From positions 6,928-70,927 of the forward strand of contig JACRIT010000077.1 of assembly GCA_016215655.1 (NCBI GenBank): 64,000 nucleotides of DNA, in the 5' to 3' direction. The stretch is from Acidimicrobiia bacterium (GTDB lineage: Bacteria > Actinomycetota > Acidimicrobiia > Spongiisociales > UBA11373). The notes under the pieces were generated by a model that was not told the origin of the DNA, ran no database searches, and saw only the letters and a program-made list of their open reading frames with translations. The stretch's first letter is position 1. The number at the start of each line of letters is the position of its first letter. A program made the position numbers and the translations under genes. Below are positions 28,621-37,954 of this stretch, one piece after another.

Positions 28621-29847
28621 CTACTCCCCAAACGCTTCGAGGAGCGGCAGCCGATTCCCCGCCACGTGGCGGATGAGCGCTCCCCCGCCGGTGCTGACGT
28701 GGTCGATCCTGGAGGTGTCGACAAAGCGGTGGGCGCTGGCCACCGTGTCGCCGCCCCCGATGATGGTGAGCGCCGGCGTCGCCGCCACCGCCTCCCAGAG
28801 GCGGCGGGTGCCCACGTCGGCTCCGGCCTTCTCGTAGGCCCCGGGGGGACCGTTGACGAACACGCTGCCGGCCGCGGCGATCTCGGTCTCGTAGGCGGCG
28901 ATCGTCTCCGACCCGATGTCGAGCAGCATCCACTCGCTGGGCAGTGCGCTCACCGCCATCTCCCGGCGCTTGCCTTCGACGAGAGCGGCGACGTCGGTGG
29001 GCAGCGCGATCCTGTCCCCGAACTTCGCCAGCAGCTCCCTCGAGGTGGCCACGTAGCGGGTGAGATCCCGATCGGCGATGAAGGTCGTCGTAGGTGCCCC
29101 GGGATCGACCCCCGCCGCCATGAGCATGATCTCGCCGACCACGCCGGTGGTGAGCACCCGGTCGGCCAGGCCCTCCCCCAACACCCGGCCCATCACCGCG
29201 AATCCGTCCGACACCTTCAGCCCGCCGAGCACGAACACCGCCGGCCGGGGCGGATCCGCGATGAGCCTGCCTACCGCGCCGAGTTCGGCGAACAGCAGGC
29301 GGCCCGCCCCCGACGGCATGAGCCGCTGGAAGGCCGTCATCGAAGGCGAGGCACGATGAGCGGCGGCGTAGGCATCGTTGACGTACAGGTCGAAGAGCGG
29401 GGCGAGGTTGCGCACCAGATAGGTTCCGGCCATCTCCTCCGGGGTGAGCTTGACGTCCCGCTCGAACGTCGACACCTCCTCGGTGAGATACCGCAGGTTG
29501 TCGAGCAGCAGGATGTCACCATCATCCAGAGCGGCGATGCGCTCCCGGGCGGCAGGGCCGGCGACGTCGTCGATGAACCCCACCGGCTGTCCCAACTTGG
29601 CGGCGAGCCGCTCGGCGTGCTGGTTCAGCCCGACCAGGTTGTGGTAGTCGAGGGTGTCGCCCTGGTGGGCGATGATCACGAGGCGCGCTCCGCGCTCGGC
29701 CAGGTCACGGATGGTGGCCAGGCTATGATCGATGCGGTTCTCGTCGGTGATCTTCCCCGAGGCGGGGTCGATCGGCGAGTTGATGTCGACGCGGAGCAAC
29801 ACCCGCTTCCCGGCGACGTCGAAGTCGTCGATCGAGGGGATCGCCAT
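28621..29847 (-). CDS. pgk: phosphoglycerate kinase (archaeal-like subtype suspected)
   Basis: LLRVDINSP, AHQG, LLDNLR, YVNDAYAAAHRASPS, LGGLK, NGPPG.YE, GGGDT, HVSTGGGA. Confidence 0.88.
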   Translation of the reverse strand: MAIPSIDDFDVAGKRVLLRVDINSPIDPASGKITDENRIDHSLATIRDLAERGARLVIIAHQGDTLDYHNLVGLNQHAERLAAKLGQPVGFIDDVAGPAARERIAALDDGDILLLDNLRYLTEEVSTFERDVKLTPEEMAGTYLVRNLAPLFDLYVNDAYAAAHRASPSMTAFQRLMPSGAGRLLFAELGAVGRLIADPPRPAVFVLGGLKVSDGFAVMGRVLGEGLADRVLTTGVVGEIMLMAAGVDPGAPTTTFIADRDLTRYVATSRELLAKFGDRIALPTDVAALVEGKRREMAVSALPSEWMLLDIGSETIAAYETEIAAAGSVFVNGPPGAYEKAGADVGTRRLWEAVAATPALTIIGGGDTVASAHRFVDTSRIDHVSTGGGALIRHVAGNRLPLLEAFGE

Positions 29848-29849
29848 GG

Positions 29850-30869
29850 CTACTTCATGCCGAGGTAGCGGTTGGTGAGCGCCACCGCCTCGGCCTGCAC
29901 CTTCTGCATCGGCATCGCCGCCCGAATGGCGTCGATGGTCTCGGGGATGGTGACCGACTCCTGCGGGATGTTGATGGCGAACATCAGATCGTCGCCGGAA
30001 TGGCCCACCGTCTCCTCGAACAGCCCGATCTCGTACATGTCACCCCTGGGGTGGCCGAGGAAGCGGGCGTAGTTGAACAGGGAGGTGTTCGTGTTGAAGC
30101 CGTCCTTGATCCGGACCGACCGCACCCGGGGATGGGCCCGGAACACCTCGATCGCCTCGGCATCGGTGATCGGCTTCTTGGGGGTGGCGACGATGGTGAT
30201 GATGTGGCCGTGGGTGATCGGGGTGTGCACCAGGAGGCCGGTGGCATCGACATGCGGCATGATCGACATGAGATCCACCGCCTGGTGATTGGGGATCGGC
30301 TCGATCAGGAGTGAGTCGACCAGGCCGCGATGCGTGTCACCCGGATCGGCCACCCGGCGGATGATGGTGATGGCGACCTTGTGGATCCCCACGGCCTGGT
30401 CGAGGGCGTGCACGGCGCGGATCAGGCCGGTGGTGTTGCACGAGGTCAGCTTGAGGTAGTTCTGGCCGACCCCCTTCTCGTAGTTGGCATACCCGTGGAA
30501 GAAGACATCGGCGATCTTGCCGGACTCCCCTCCCTGGAACACCGCCTTGCGGCCCGCCGCCAGGTACATCTCCTTGTTCTTGGCGCCGACCCCTCCCGGG
30601 GCGGCATCGAGCACGATGTCGCACGCCGCGATGAGGTCGGAGAACGAGCCGGAGACCTTGATGCCCGCCGCGGTCAGGGTGTCCTCGGCGCCGGGAGCGG
30701 CGGCAAAGAGCCGATAGGGCATCCCCCGCTCGGCAAGGGCCAGCACCGGGAGGGTGGGGGCGATGTCGGCGACACCGACCAGCTCCATGTCCTCCTGGCG
30801 GGCAACGCCGTCAGCGAGCCGCTGACCGATGACCCCGAATCCGGCGACTCCGACCTTGACCTTGCCCAT
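29850..30869 (-). CDS. type II (archaeal-type) glyceraldehyde-3-phosphate dehydrogenase
   Basis: GFGVIGQRLADGV..Q.DM.LVGV, FQGGE, SCNTTGL.R (not the class I SCTTN), RRVADP, QESVTIPETIDAIRA. AAGGAGG RBS. Confidence 0.88.
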   Translation of the reverse strand: MGKVKVGVAGFGVIGQRLADGVARQEDMELVGVADIAPTLPVLALAERGMPYRLFAAAPGAEDTLTAAGIKVSGSFSDLIAACDIVLDAAPGGVGAKNKEMYLAAGRKAVFQGGESGKIADVFFHGYANYEKGVGQNYLKLTSCNTTGLIRAVHALDQAVGIHKVAITIIRRVADPGDTHRGLVDSLLIEPIPNHQAVDLMSIMPHVDATGLLVHTPITHGHIITIVATPKKPITDAEAIEVFRAHPRVRSVRIKDGFNTNTSLFNYARFLGHPRGDMYEIGLFEETVGHSGDDLMFAINIPQESVTIPETIDAIRAAMPMQKVQAEAVALTNRYLGMK

Positions 30870-30981
30870 CACGCCTCCTTGCCGATCACCGACTGCGCCG
30901 ATCTCCTGCCGATTCTTGCCACCACCCCACCAGGATGCGAATGGTCATTGGTCACGATTCGATCCGACGTCGACGGGACGC

Positions 30982-31013
30982 GAAGACGCCCCGGCCGTGG
31001 CCGGGGCGTCTTC
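30982..31013 (-). terminator. hairpin after the small secreted protein gene
   Basis: GAAGACGCCCCGGC-cgtg-GCCGGGGCGTCTTC, 14-bp perfect stem. Confidence 0.6.
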
Positions 31014-31032
31014 AGATCGTCACCGCTCGGAA

Positions 31033-31485
31033 TCAGCAGGGCTGGTCGTCGGTCTTGCCCACTGCCGCCGGTCCGTTGCCGGTTATCACATGGCCGATCG
31101 ATGCCCCGGGCACCACACCGGCGCAACCGCCCTTCGCAGGTCCAGGGGCCAGTGAGGCGGTCACACCATGGCCGTTGTCGGGGGCGTCGGGGTCGACTCC
31201 CGAGTTGGAGGTGTTCCCGTAGTAGCCGCCGGAGATGGCGCCTCCCAAGGTGTCGACCACGCCACCGGGCGTGGGCGAACCGGTCGGCTCGACATTGGTG
31301 TAGTACCAAATCAACGCCGCCTTGTTCTTTCCCGGGGCCCTGTCCGAGTTGCCGCCGCCGGCGAAAGCGACACCACTCGACACCAGACCGAGGAGGACCA
31401 CGAAGGTCAGCACCAGGCTCATGCGGTGCTTCCGCCGCGGACGGCGCTCCAGAGTGACCCACGCAGGTTGCTGCATGCCTCGCAT
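31033..31485 (-). CDS. small secreted Gly-rich hypothetical protein
   Basis: Basic stretch plus hydrophobic core ending VAFA (signal peptide). Gly/Asn/Pro-rich mature part with 2 Cys. AAGGAG RBS and its own downstream hairpin. Confidence 0.65.
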   Translation of the reverse strand: MRGMQQPAWVTLERRPRRKHRMSLVLTFVVLLGLVSSGVAFAGGGNSDRAPGKNKAALIWYYTNVEPTGSPTPGGVVDTLGGAISGGYYGNTSNSGVDPDAPDNGHGVTASLAPGPAKGGCAGVVPGASIGHVITGNGPAAVGKTDDQPC

Positions 31486-31564
31486 CCCATCTCCTTCCCA
31501 TGGTGGGAGCAAGGAGGATATCAACGACCGAGGGTGTCTGTCCTGGCCACCACGGGTGGCGGAC

Positions 31565-32557
31565 CTAGGCCCGCGGGCTGGCCACCACCTCGTTGCGGAT
31601 GGTCCCGATCCCGGGGATCTCGATCTCCATCACGTCGCCGACCTCGAGCCAACGCTTCAGCGTGGAGGTCATGGCCGTGCCGTGATCGCAGGTTCCCGAG
31701 GCGATGAAGTCGCCCGGATACAGGTACTCCTCCTGGGAGATCCATTCGATGATCCTGGGGAATTTGTGGTACATCGCCGAGGAGTTGTCGTCGACGATGG
31801 TCTCCCCGTTGACCCGGGCGGTCATGCGGAGGTCGTCGTAGTCGATCTCATCGAGGGTCACCAGGCACGGCCCCATCACGTTGGCCCCTTCGAAGTTCTT
31901 TCCCTTGGCCGGGCCCAGCATCATCTCCATCTCGCGGAACTGGACGTCCCGGGCCGAGATGTCGTTGTAGATGGTGAAGCCGGCGATGTACGACTCCGCC
32001 TCCGCGGCGGGGATGTTGATGCCCTTACGGCCGATGACGGCTCCGAACTCGACCTCGAAGTCCAGCTGCTCGGTGAAGCGTGGCTTGACGATCGGATCGT
32101 GTGGACCGGCCACGATCGCCCCGCTCTGGGTGAAGTAGGGCGGCCACTCGAAGAACACGTCGGGGATCACCGGACGACCCATCTTCACATGCTCGTGGAA
32201 CACCATCGAGTCCCACACGATGTTGGGCCGGGGCACCGGGGCCAGGAGGTGCACCTCGTCGAAGCCATAGCCCAGGCGGGCGCCATCGGGAGCCAGCGTC
32301 ACCCCGGAGCCGACCGCGTCCCGCACCAGCGTCAGGCTCTCGTCGACCACGCGGCGGGCCTTGTCGCCCCGCTCCAGGTAGGTGACCAGGTCCGGGGGGA
32401 CCAGGAAACCGGCGTATTCGGTCCAATCCGGCTCGCCGCGATCGTGCAGCAGCAGGGTGGCAGCGGCGGTGAGATCCACCAGACCCCCGTCCTGCTCGGC
32501 GCCGATGCGGACGATCGGACCGGTGGGGGACGCCACCCGGAACGTGTAATACCTCAT
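31565..32557 (-). CDS. fumarylacetoacetate hydrolase family protein
   Basis: LDFEVEFGAVIG, GFTIYNDISARDVQ, GPAKGKNF, PGD.IASGT. Confidence 0.9.
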   Translation of the reverse strand: MRYYTFRVASPTGPIVRIGAEQDGGLVDLTAAATLLLHDRGEPDWTEYAGFLVPPDLVTYLERGDKARRVVDESLTLVRDAVGSGVTLAPDGARLGYGFDEVHLLAPVPRPNIVWDSMVFHEHVKMGRPVIPDVFFEWPPYFTQSGAIVAGPHDPIVKPRFTEQLDFEVEFGAVIGRKGINIPAAEAESYIAGFTIYNDISARDVQFREMEMMLGPAKGKNFEGANVMGPCLVTLDEIDYDDLRMTARVNGETIVDDNSSAMYHKFPRIIEWISQEEYLYPGDFIASGTCDHGTAMTSTLKRWLEVGDVMEIEIPGIGTIRNEVVASPRA

Positions 32558-32712
32558 GCTCCCGCTCCTCGAATCGCTGCGGTCCCCGACGGTACCCGGG
32601 TTGGCCGCGCCCGATAAGTGCCCTTCGCCCCTCCCGGAAGGCACTCGTGGCGCGATCCCGTCCCATCGCCGGCCGGTACCGTATCGGTGTCGCGATCGCA
32701 GAGGAGATGGTC

Positions 32713-33180
32713 ATGAGCGCTGCCGAGGACTCCCGGGCCTACTTCGACATCGACCCGAGGATCGCCGCGGGCACCTACGACGACTCCGGGGCTTCGATCG
32801 TCCACATGGACGACTACCCGCGCTACGAGATCGCCGAGGGCGTCGTCTTCTGCCCGGTCTTCGCCAACAACATCTCCCTCAACTTCGTCACCTTCCCCGC
32901 CCACAGCGGCTTTCCCTCCCACACCCATCCGGAGGAGCAGATCAGCATCGTGCGCGAGGGCGAGATCGAGATCACCATCGGCGACGTCACCAAGATGGCC
33001 CGGCCGGGCGATGTGATCATCTTCCCGCCCGACGTGGCCCATGCCGGCCGGACGTTCGACACCCTGTGCCGGGTCATCGACATCTTCTCCCCGCCCCGCT
33101 ACGGGATGCGGGAGCTGATCGCCAACGCCAACCCGGTCCGGTCGGCCGAGGTCGACCGGTGGTGGCGTGCCGGGGAATGA
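32713..33180 (+). CDS. cupin domain protein
   Basis: HTHPEEQ..IV.EG, PPDVAH, IDIFSPPR. Confidence 0.85.
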   Translation: MSAAEDSRAYFDIDPRIAAGTYDDSGASIVHMDDYPRYEIAEGVVFCPVFANNISLNFVTFPAHSGFPSHTHPEEQISIVREGEIEITIGDVTKMARPGDVIIFPPDVAHAGRTFDTLCRVIDIFSPPRYGMRELIANANPVRSAEVDRWWRAGE

Positions 33181-33193
33181 CCAGGAGGTGAAC

Positions 33194-33517
33194 GTGCTGC
33201 GACACATCGTTCTGTTCAAGTGGAAGCCGGAGACCCCGCCAGAGGTGATCGCCGCCATCGAGGCGGCGATGAACGCCCTGCCGGGCCAGATCCCGCAGAT
33301 CGCCGGATACGAGTGGGGCACCGACGTCAGCGTCCAGGGGCTCTCCCAGGGCTTCACCCACTGCTTCGTGGTGTCGTTCCGTTCCGAGGCCGATCGCGAC
33401 ATCTACGCCACCCACCCCGACCACGTCGCCTTCCTGACGCTGAGCAAGCCCCATCGCGACGTGGTGATGACCTTCGACTACTTCGCTCGCCGGGCCGAAG
33501 GGTCGATGCTCGACTAG
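33194..33517 (+). CDS. Dabb family (stress-responsive A/B barrel) protein
   Basis: RHIVLFKWK, LP.QIP, GFTH, Y..HP.H, FDY. GGAGG RBS. Confidence 0.85.
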   Translation: MLRHIVLFKWKPETPPEVIAAIEAAMNALPGQIPQIAGYEWGTDVSVQGLSQGFTHCFVVSFRSEADRDIYATHPDHVAFLTLSKPHRDVVMTFDYFARRAEGSMLD

Positions 33518-33600
33518 CGCCGCCCGGCCCGGTCGAAATCCCCTGGCGGGCCGAGGCCGGGCAGGCTCTACTGGCGAATACGCTCGGCGAAGGAGACCGA

Positions 33601-34608
33601 ATGCTGCACGCGGCGCAGGTGGGACTGGGATGGTGGGGAAGCCAGGTCACCAAGGTCCTGCGAGGAAGCGACAAGATCGAGGTCGTCTGCGGGATCGATC
33701 CGGCCGAGCCGATCCGCGCCAAGTATCGCGATGCCCACGGCCTGCCCGTGCATGCCGACTTCGAACACGCCCTGCGCGACCCCGGTGTCGACGCGGTGAT
33801 CCTCACCGTCCCCCATCGCCTTCACGAACAGGCGGTGATCGCGGCAGCCGCCGCCGGAAAGCAGGTGTTCTGCGAGAAGCCGCTGTCGCTGAGCGTGGCG
33901 AGCGCCCGCCGCATGATCGACGCCTGCGACAGAGCGGGCCTCGTCCTCGGCATCGGCCACGAGCGCCGCTTCGAGCCGGCCTGGGAAGAGATCAAGCGGA
34001 TGGCCGAGGCCGAGGAATTCGGCACGATCCTGCACCTGGAGGCCCACTGGAGCCACGATCGCTGGCTCAACATGGCGGCGGACAACTGGCGGGGCAGCAA
34101 GGAAGAGGCACCGGCGGCGGGATGGACCGGAATGGGGGTCCATCTCAGCGACATGATGCTGAGCCTGGCCGGACAGGTCGTCGAGGTGCAGGCCCACACG
34201 GCCCGCCGCATCCTGGCGATCCCCACCGGCGACGTGGTCTCGGCACACCTGCGGTTCGGCGATGGCACCACCGCTCATATCGCCGCCCTGTCGGCGACCC
34301 CCGACTACGCCCGGTTCACCGTTTTCGGCAGCCACGCCTGGGCCGAGGCGCGCGAGACCCAGCACGTCGATCCGGGTGGCACCACCCAGTTCTTCGTCCG
34401 CCGCCGCGGCGACCAGGAGCAGACCCGGCGCGACTTCGCCCCCGCCAGCCCGGTGCGCGCCGGCTACGAGCATTGGGCCGACGCCGTCGAGGGCCGGGTG
34501 CCCTATCGCTTCACCAACCCGCAGCGCCTGGGCAATGTCGCGGTACTCGAAGCGGTGGTGCGGTCCGCAGAGAGCGGCAAGCCGGAGGTAGTGGCACAGT
34601 ACGCGTAA
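33601..34608 (+). CDS. Gfo/Idh/MocA family oxidoreductase
   Basis: GLGWWG, VFCEKPL, GHERRF, MGVH..D. Confidence 0.9.
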   Translation: MLHAAQVGLGWWGSQVTKVLRGSDKIEVVCGIDPAEPIRAKYRDAHGLPVHADFEHALRDPGVDAVILTVPHRLHEQAVIAAAAAGKQVFCEKPLSLSVASARRMIDACDRAGLVLGIGHERRFEPAWEEIKRMAEAEEFGTILHLEAHWSHDRWLNMAADNWRGSKEEAPAAGWTGMGVHLSDMMLSLAGQVVEVQAHTARRILAIPTGDVVSAHLRFGDGTTAHIAALSATPDYARFTVFGSHAWAEARETQHVDPGGTTQFFVRRRGDQEQTRRDFAPASPVRAGYEHWADAVEGRVPYRFTNPQRLGNVAVLEAVVRSAESGKPEVVAQYA

Positions 34609-34638
34609 AGGGGGCGGCTCAGCCTGCGCCAGGGGTGT

Positions 34639-35328
34639 TCACACCACCGCGCCGAACGCCTTCCCGATGGCCGCGGTGACGATCATCGCCAGCGCCCCCC
34701 AGAAGGTGACGCGGGCCGCGGCCTTGCCCGCGGGAGCTCCCCCAAGGCGGGCCCCGACGACACCCAGGGCGGCGAGGAACACCAGGGCGCTGCTGCCCAC
34801 CAACCAGACACGCAGCGACCCGGTGAAGAGCGCGGCGACCAGGAGCGGAAGGGCCGCCCCCACGGTGAATGCCAGGGCGGAGGTGACCGCGGCCTGCACC
34901 GGCCGGGCCGAGGTCATCTCCGTGATCCCCAGCTCCTCGCGGGCGTGGGCGCCGATGGCGTCTCGGGCGGTGAGCTGCTCGGCAACCTCCTGGGCGACCT
35001 TCGCATCGACGCCTCGCGCCTGGAACAACCCGGCGAGCTCCGCCAGTTCCGCCTCGGGCTCGGTGCGCAACTCCTTCCGCTCCACCGCCAGCGCCGCCCG
35101 CTCGGTGTCGGCCTGCGAACTGACGGATACGAACTCGCCCGCGGCCATCGACATCGCACCGCCGACCAGCCCCGCCATGCCGGCAATGAGGATGGCGGCA
35201 CGATTGGCGCCCGCGGCCGCCACCCCCACCACCAGGCTGGCCGTCGACACGATCCCATCGTCCGCTCCGAGCACTGCGGCCCGCAGCCATCCGATGCGGT
35301 GGGTCCGCTGCACCTCGATGTGCTTCAT
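34639..35328 (-). CDS. VIT1/CCC1 family iron/manganese transporter
   Basis: WLRAAVLGADDGIVS, AMSMAAGEFVSVSSQ, HAREELG, P.QAA..SA. Confidence 0.9.
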   Translation of the reverse strand: MKHIEVQRTHRIGWLRAAVLGADDGIVSTASLVVGVAAAGANRAAILIAGMAGLVGGAMSMAAGEFVSVSSQADTERAALAVERKELRTEPEAELAELAGLFQARGVDAKVAQEVAEQLTARDAIGAHAREELGITEMTSARPVQAAVTSALAFTVGAALPLLVAALFTGSLRVWLVGSSALVFLAALGVVGARLGGAPAGKAAARVTFWGALAMIVTAAIGKAFGAVV

Positions 35329-35354
35329 TCCGGCTCCTCGTCCTGACGTGATCG

Positions 35355-36194
35355 TCACACCCGGTAGCCGTCCATGATGGTCCGGCATCCCTCGGTCGCG
35401 GCGGCGAGGTCGAGCGCCGCCGGACCCGGATCGGGCACGAACGCCGCCGGACCACCCCGATACACGATGCCCGTCGGAATCCGCCCCTCCCCCATCACCC
35501 GCAGGCAGGTGGCAAAGGCGGCGGCGCGATCGCTCGGGTCGTAGCCGGTCTCCTCATCGAGATCGGCCACTGCGGCGTCCCAGGCCGGGTAGGTGTCCTG
35601 GTAGGTGACGCAGGGCGACAGCACCTCGACGAAGCCGAAGCCGCGGCCGGCTCGGGCATGGTCGAGAGCCGCGGCGATGAGCCGGAGGAGTTGGTCGGGA
35701 CGGCCGCTGTATCCCCGGGCGAGGAAGGTGCTGGCGGTGATGCCGAGTCCGAGGAGGATGCCATCCAGCGCCTGCTCGCGGTGCTCCGGATGCACCAACG
35801 CCGCGGTGGGCGAGCCCTGTCCCTTGGTGAGCCCGTAGGTGGCATTGTTCATCAGGAGATAGGTGAGAGCAGGATTGCGCCGGAAGGTGTGCACCAGGTG
35901 TCCGGCGCCGATGGCGTACCCGTCGCCGTCGCCACCGGCGGCGATCACGGTCAGCGACGGATCTGCCAGCGCGGCGCCGGTGGCGGCCGGGAGCACGCGG
36001 CCGTGCAGGGCGTGGTATCCATAGGTGCCGAGGTTGTTCTGGATGGTCCCGGAGCACCCGATCCCCGCCAGGATGAGGGTGGCCTCGGGTGGGATGCCCG
36101 CCTCGCCGAGCGCCCGATCGAGGGCCGCCTGCACGCCGAAGTGACCGCATCCCGCACACCAGATCGGCGGACGCGGCGCATAGGTGACCGTCAT
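35355..36194 (-). CDS. 2-oxoacid:ferredoxin oxidoreductase beta subunit
   Basis: WCAGCG, GIGCS, HGR, GGDGD TPP motif, NN.TYGLTKGQ.SPT, SPCVT. Confidence 0.9.
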   Translation of the reverse strand: MTVTYAPRPPIWCAGCGHFGVQAALDRALGEAGIPPEATLILAGIGCSGTIQNNLGTYGYHALHGRVLPAATGAALADPSLTVIAAGGDGDGYAIGAGHLVHTFRRNPALTYLLMNNATYGLTKGQGSPTAALVHPEHREQALDGILLGLGITASTFLARGYSGRPDQLLRLIAAALDHARAGRGFGFVEVLSPCVTYQDTYPAWDAAVADLDEETGYDPSDRAAAFATCLRVMGEGRIPTGIVYRGGPAAFVPDPGPAALDLAAATEGCRTIMDGYRV

Positions 36195-37954
36195 CGCTCG
36201 ACCCCGGCGGCGATACGAGAGGCCAGCTCGGCCGGAGTGAATGCCAGGCCGTCGCTCCTCCGGATTCCCCGCATCGCGGCGAGGGGAACGCCCTCGGCGG
36301 CGAGGACGTCGTGGATCTGCCCTTCGTCGTTGTGTTCCACGACGAAGGTGAGCCGGCGCCGGCGCACGAACTCCAGGGTCTCGTCGAGCACCGGCCACAG
36401 CGTGCGCGGCTGGAGGCCGGCCAGCGTGATGCCGGTCGCCGCCAGCCGCTCACACGCCTCGACCACCGGAGCCACGGCGAACCCCGTGGCGAGGACACCG
36501 ATCTCGGCGGCGTCGTCTCCCCAACGGCGTCCTCGGGGAAACAGGTCCTTCGCCGCCGCGATCTTGCGGGCTCGCTTTGCCATCATCGTGCGGCGCGTCT
36601 CCGGGTCGATGCTGACCTGGCCCCACTCGTTGCGCTCGTTGCCCGTCACCAGGTTCATCCCTCCGGGCGTTCCCGGCACCACCCACGGCGACACCCCGTC
36701 CGGGGTCACCCGGTAGCGCCGGTACTCGCCGAGAGCGGCGAGGCCGACCGCGTCGAGGACCGCGCCGGGCTCCACGGCGACATCGAGGTCGAAGGGGATC
36801 ACGGTCGAGGCGTGCTGGGCGATCGCCTGATCGAGCGCCACGTACACCGGACATTGCAGACGCCGGCTGAGGGCCGTTGCCGCCACGCCGAGGTGGAAGC
36901 AGTCGGCCGTGTCGCCCGGAGTCAGCACCACCCGAGGAAACTCGCCGTTGCCACCATGGATGAGCATCGCCAGGTCGCTCTGCTCGGGACGGGTCGGCAT
37001 CCCGGTCGATGGTCCCGCCCGCTGACAGTCGACGACGACGAGGGGGATCTCTGCCGAGCCGGCATGCCCCACGCCCTCCTGCATGAGGGCGAGACCAGGC
37101 CCCGATGTCGCCGTCATCGCCCGGACCCCAGTGAGGGCGGCGCCGATCGCCATGTTCACCGCCGACAACTCGTCCTCCGCCTGGACGACGACTCCTCCGA
37201 GGCCCGGGAGATGTCGCTCCATCCACTCGAGGATCTCCGATGCCGGAGTGATGGGATATCCGGTGAAGAAGCGGCCGCCGGCGGCGATTAAGCCGAGCGC
37301 CAGCGCTTCGTTGCCGCTGATGAGGAGATGGTCGGCCGCGGGCCCGGTGGCGAGCGACCACGGACCACTCCCCTCGTCGAGTCCGACCGAGTCGGCATGC
37401 TCGAATCCGAGCCGCAGGGCGCGCTCATTGGCCTCCCGCACCCCGACGGCGAGGCGGGCGAGTCCGGAGCGAAGGCAGGACACCGCTTCGGCATCCGGAA
37501 TCGAAAGCGTCCGGGCGAGGAGGGCGAACGCGAGGCTGTTCTTGAAGAGGTCGCGACGCAGGTCGCGCACCGCCATGCGGGACAACGGTGCCTCGATCAC
37601 CGTCGCTCCCGGCGGCAACGCCGCGGTCGGGGCGGGACCGGCCGAAGAGTCGAAGATGACGATGGCATCGCCGGCCAGATCGGGGCCGATGCGCACGACC
37701 GCCTCGTCGTCGAAGGCGACGAGCAGATCGACGTGATCTCCGAGGCCGCCCCGGTCGGCCAGCGACGCCCGCAACCGCGCCGCCGCATGTCCCCCCTTGA
37801 TCCGCGACGCCACGTTTCGAGCGGAGTAGAGATGAAAGCCGCGCGGGCTGAGGATGCGGGTGAGCAGCCCGATCAGCGTCAGCGAGCCATCGCCCCCCTG
37901 GCCGGCCACCGCCACCGTGAGGTCGTCGCGCAGCCGGGGAACGACGGCGGTCAT
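36191..37954 (-). CDS. 2-oxoacid:ferredoxin oxidoreductase alpha subunit (gamma-alpha fusion)
   Basis: GQGGDG, SRIKGGH, GNEA.A.G, GYPITPASE, QAEDE, ATSGPG..LM.E, GPSTGMPT. Confidence 0.9.
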   Translation of the reverse strand: MTAVVPRLRDDLTVAVAGQGGDGSLTLIGLLTRILSPRGFHLYSARNVASRIKGGHAAARLRASLADRGGLGDHVDLLVAFDDEAVVRIGPDLAGDAIVIFDSSAGPAPTAALPPGATVIEAPLSRMAVRDLRRDLFKNSLAFALLARTLSIPDAEAVSCLRSGLARLAVGVREANERALRLGFEHADSVGLDEGSGPWSLATGPAADHLLISGNEALALGLIAAGGRFFTGYPITPASEILEWMERHLPGLGGVVVQAEDELSAVNMAIGAALTGVRAMTATSGPGLALMQEGVGHAGSAEIPLVVVDCQRAGPSTGMPTRPEQSDLAMLIHGGNGEFPRVVLTPGDTADCFHLGVAATALSRRLQCPVYVALDQAIAQHASTVIPFDLDVAVEPGAVLDAVGLAALGEYRRYRVTPDGVSPWVVPGTPGGMNLVTGNERNEWGQVSIDPETRRTMMAKRARKIAAAKDLFPRGRRWGDDAAEIGVLATGFAVAPVVEACERLAATGITLAGLQPRTLWPVLDETLEFVRRRRLTFVVEHNDEGQIHDVLAAEGVPLAAMRGIRRSDGLAFTPAELASRIAAGVER

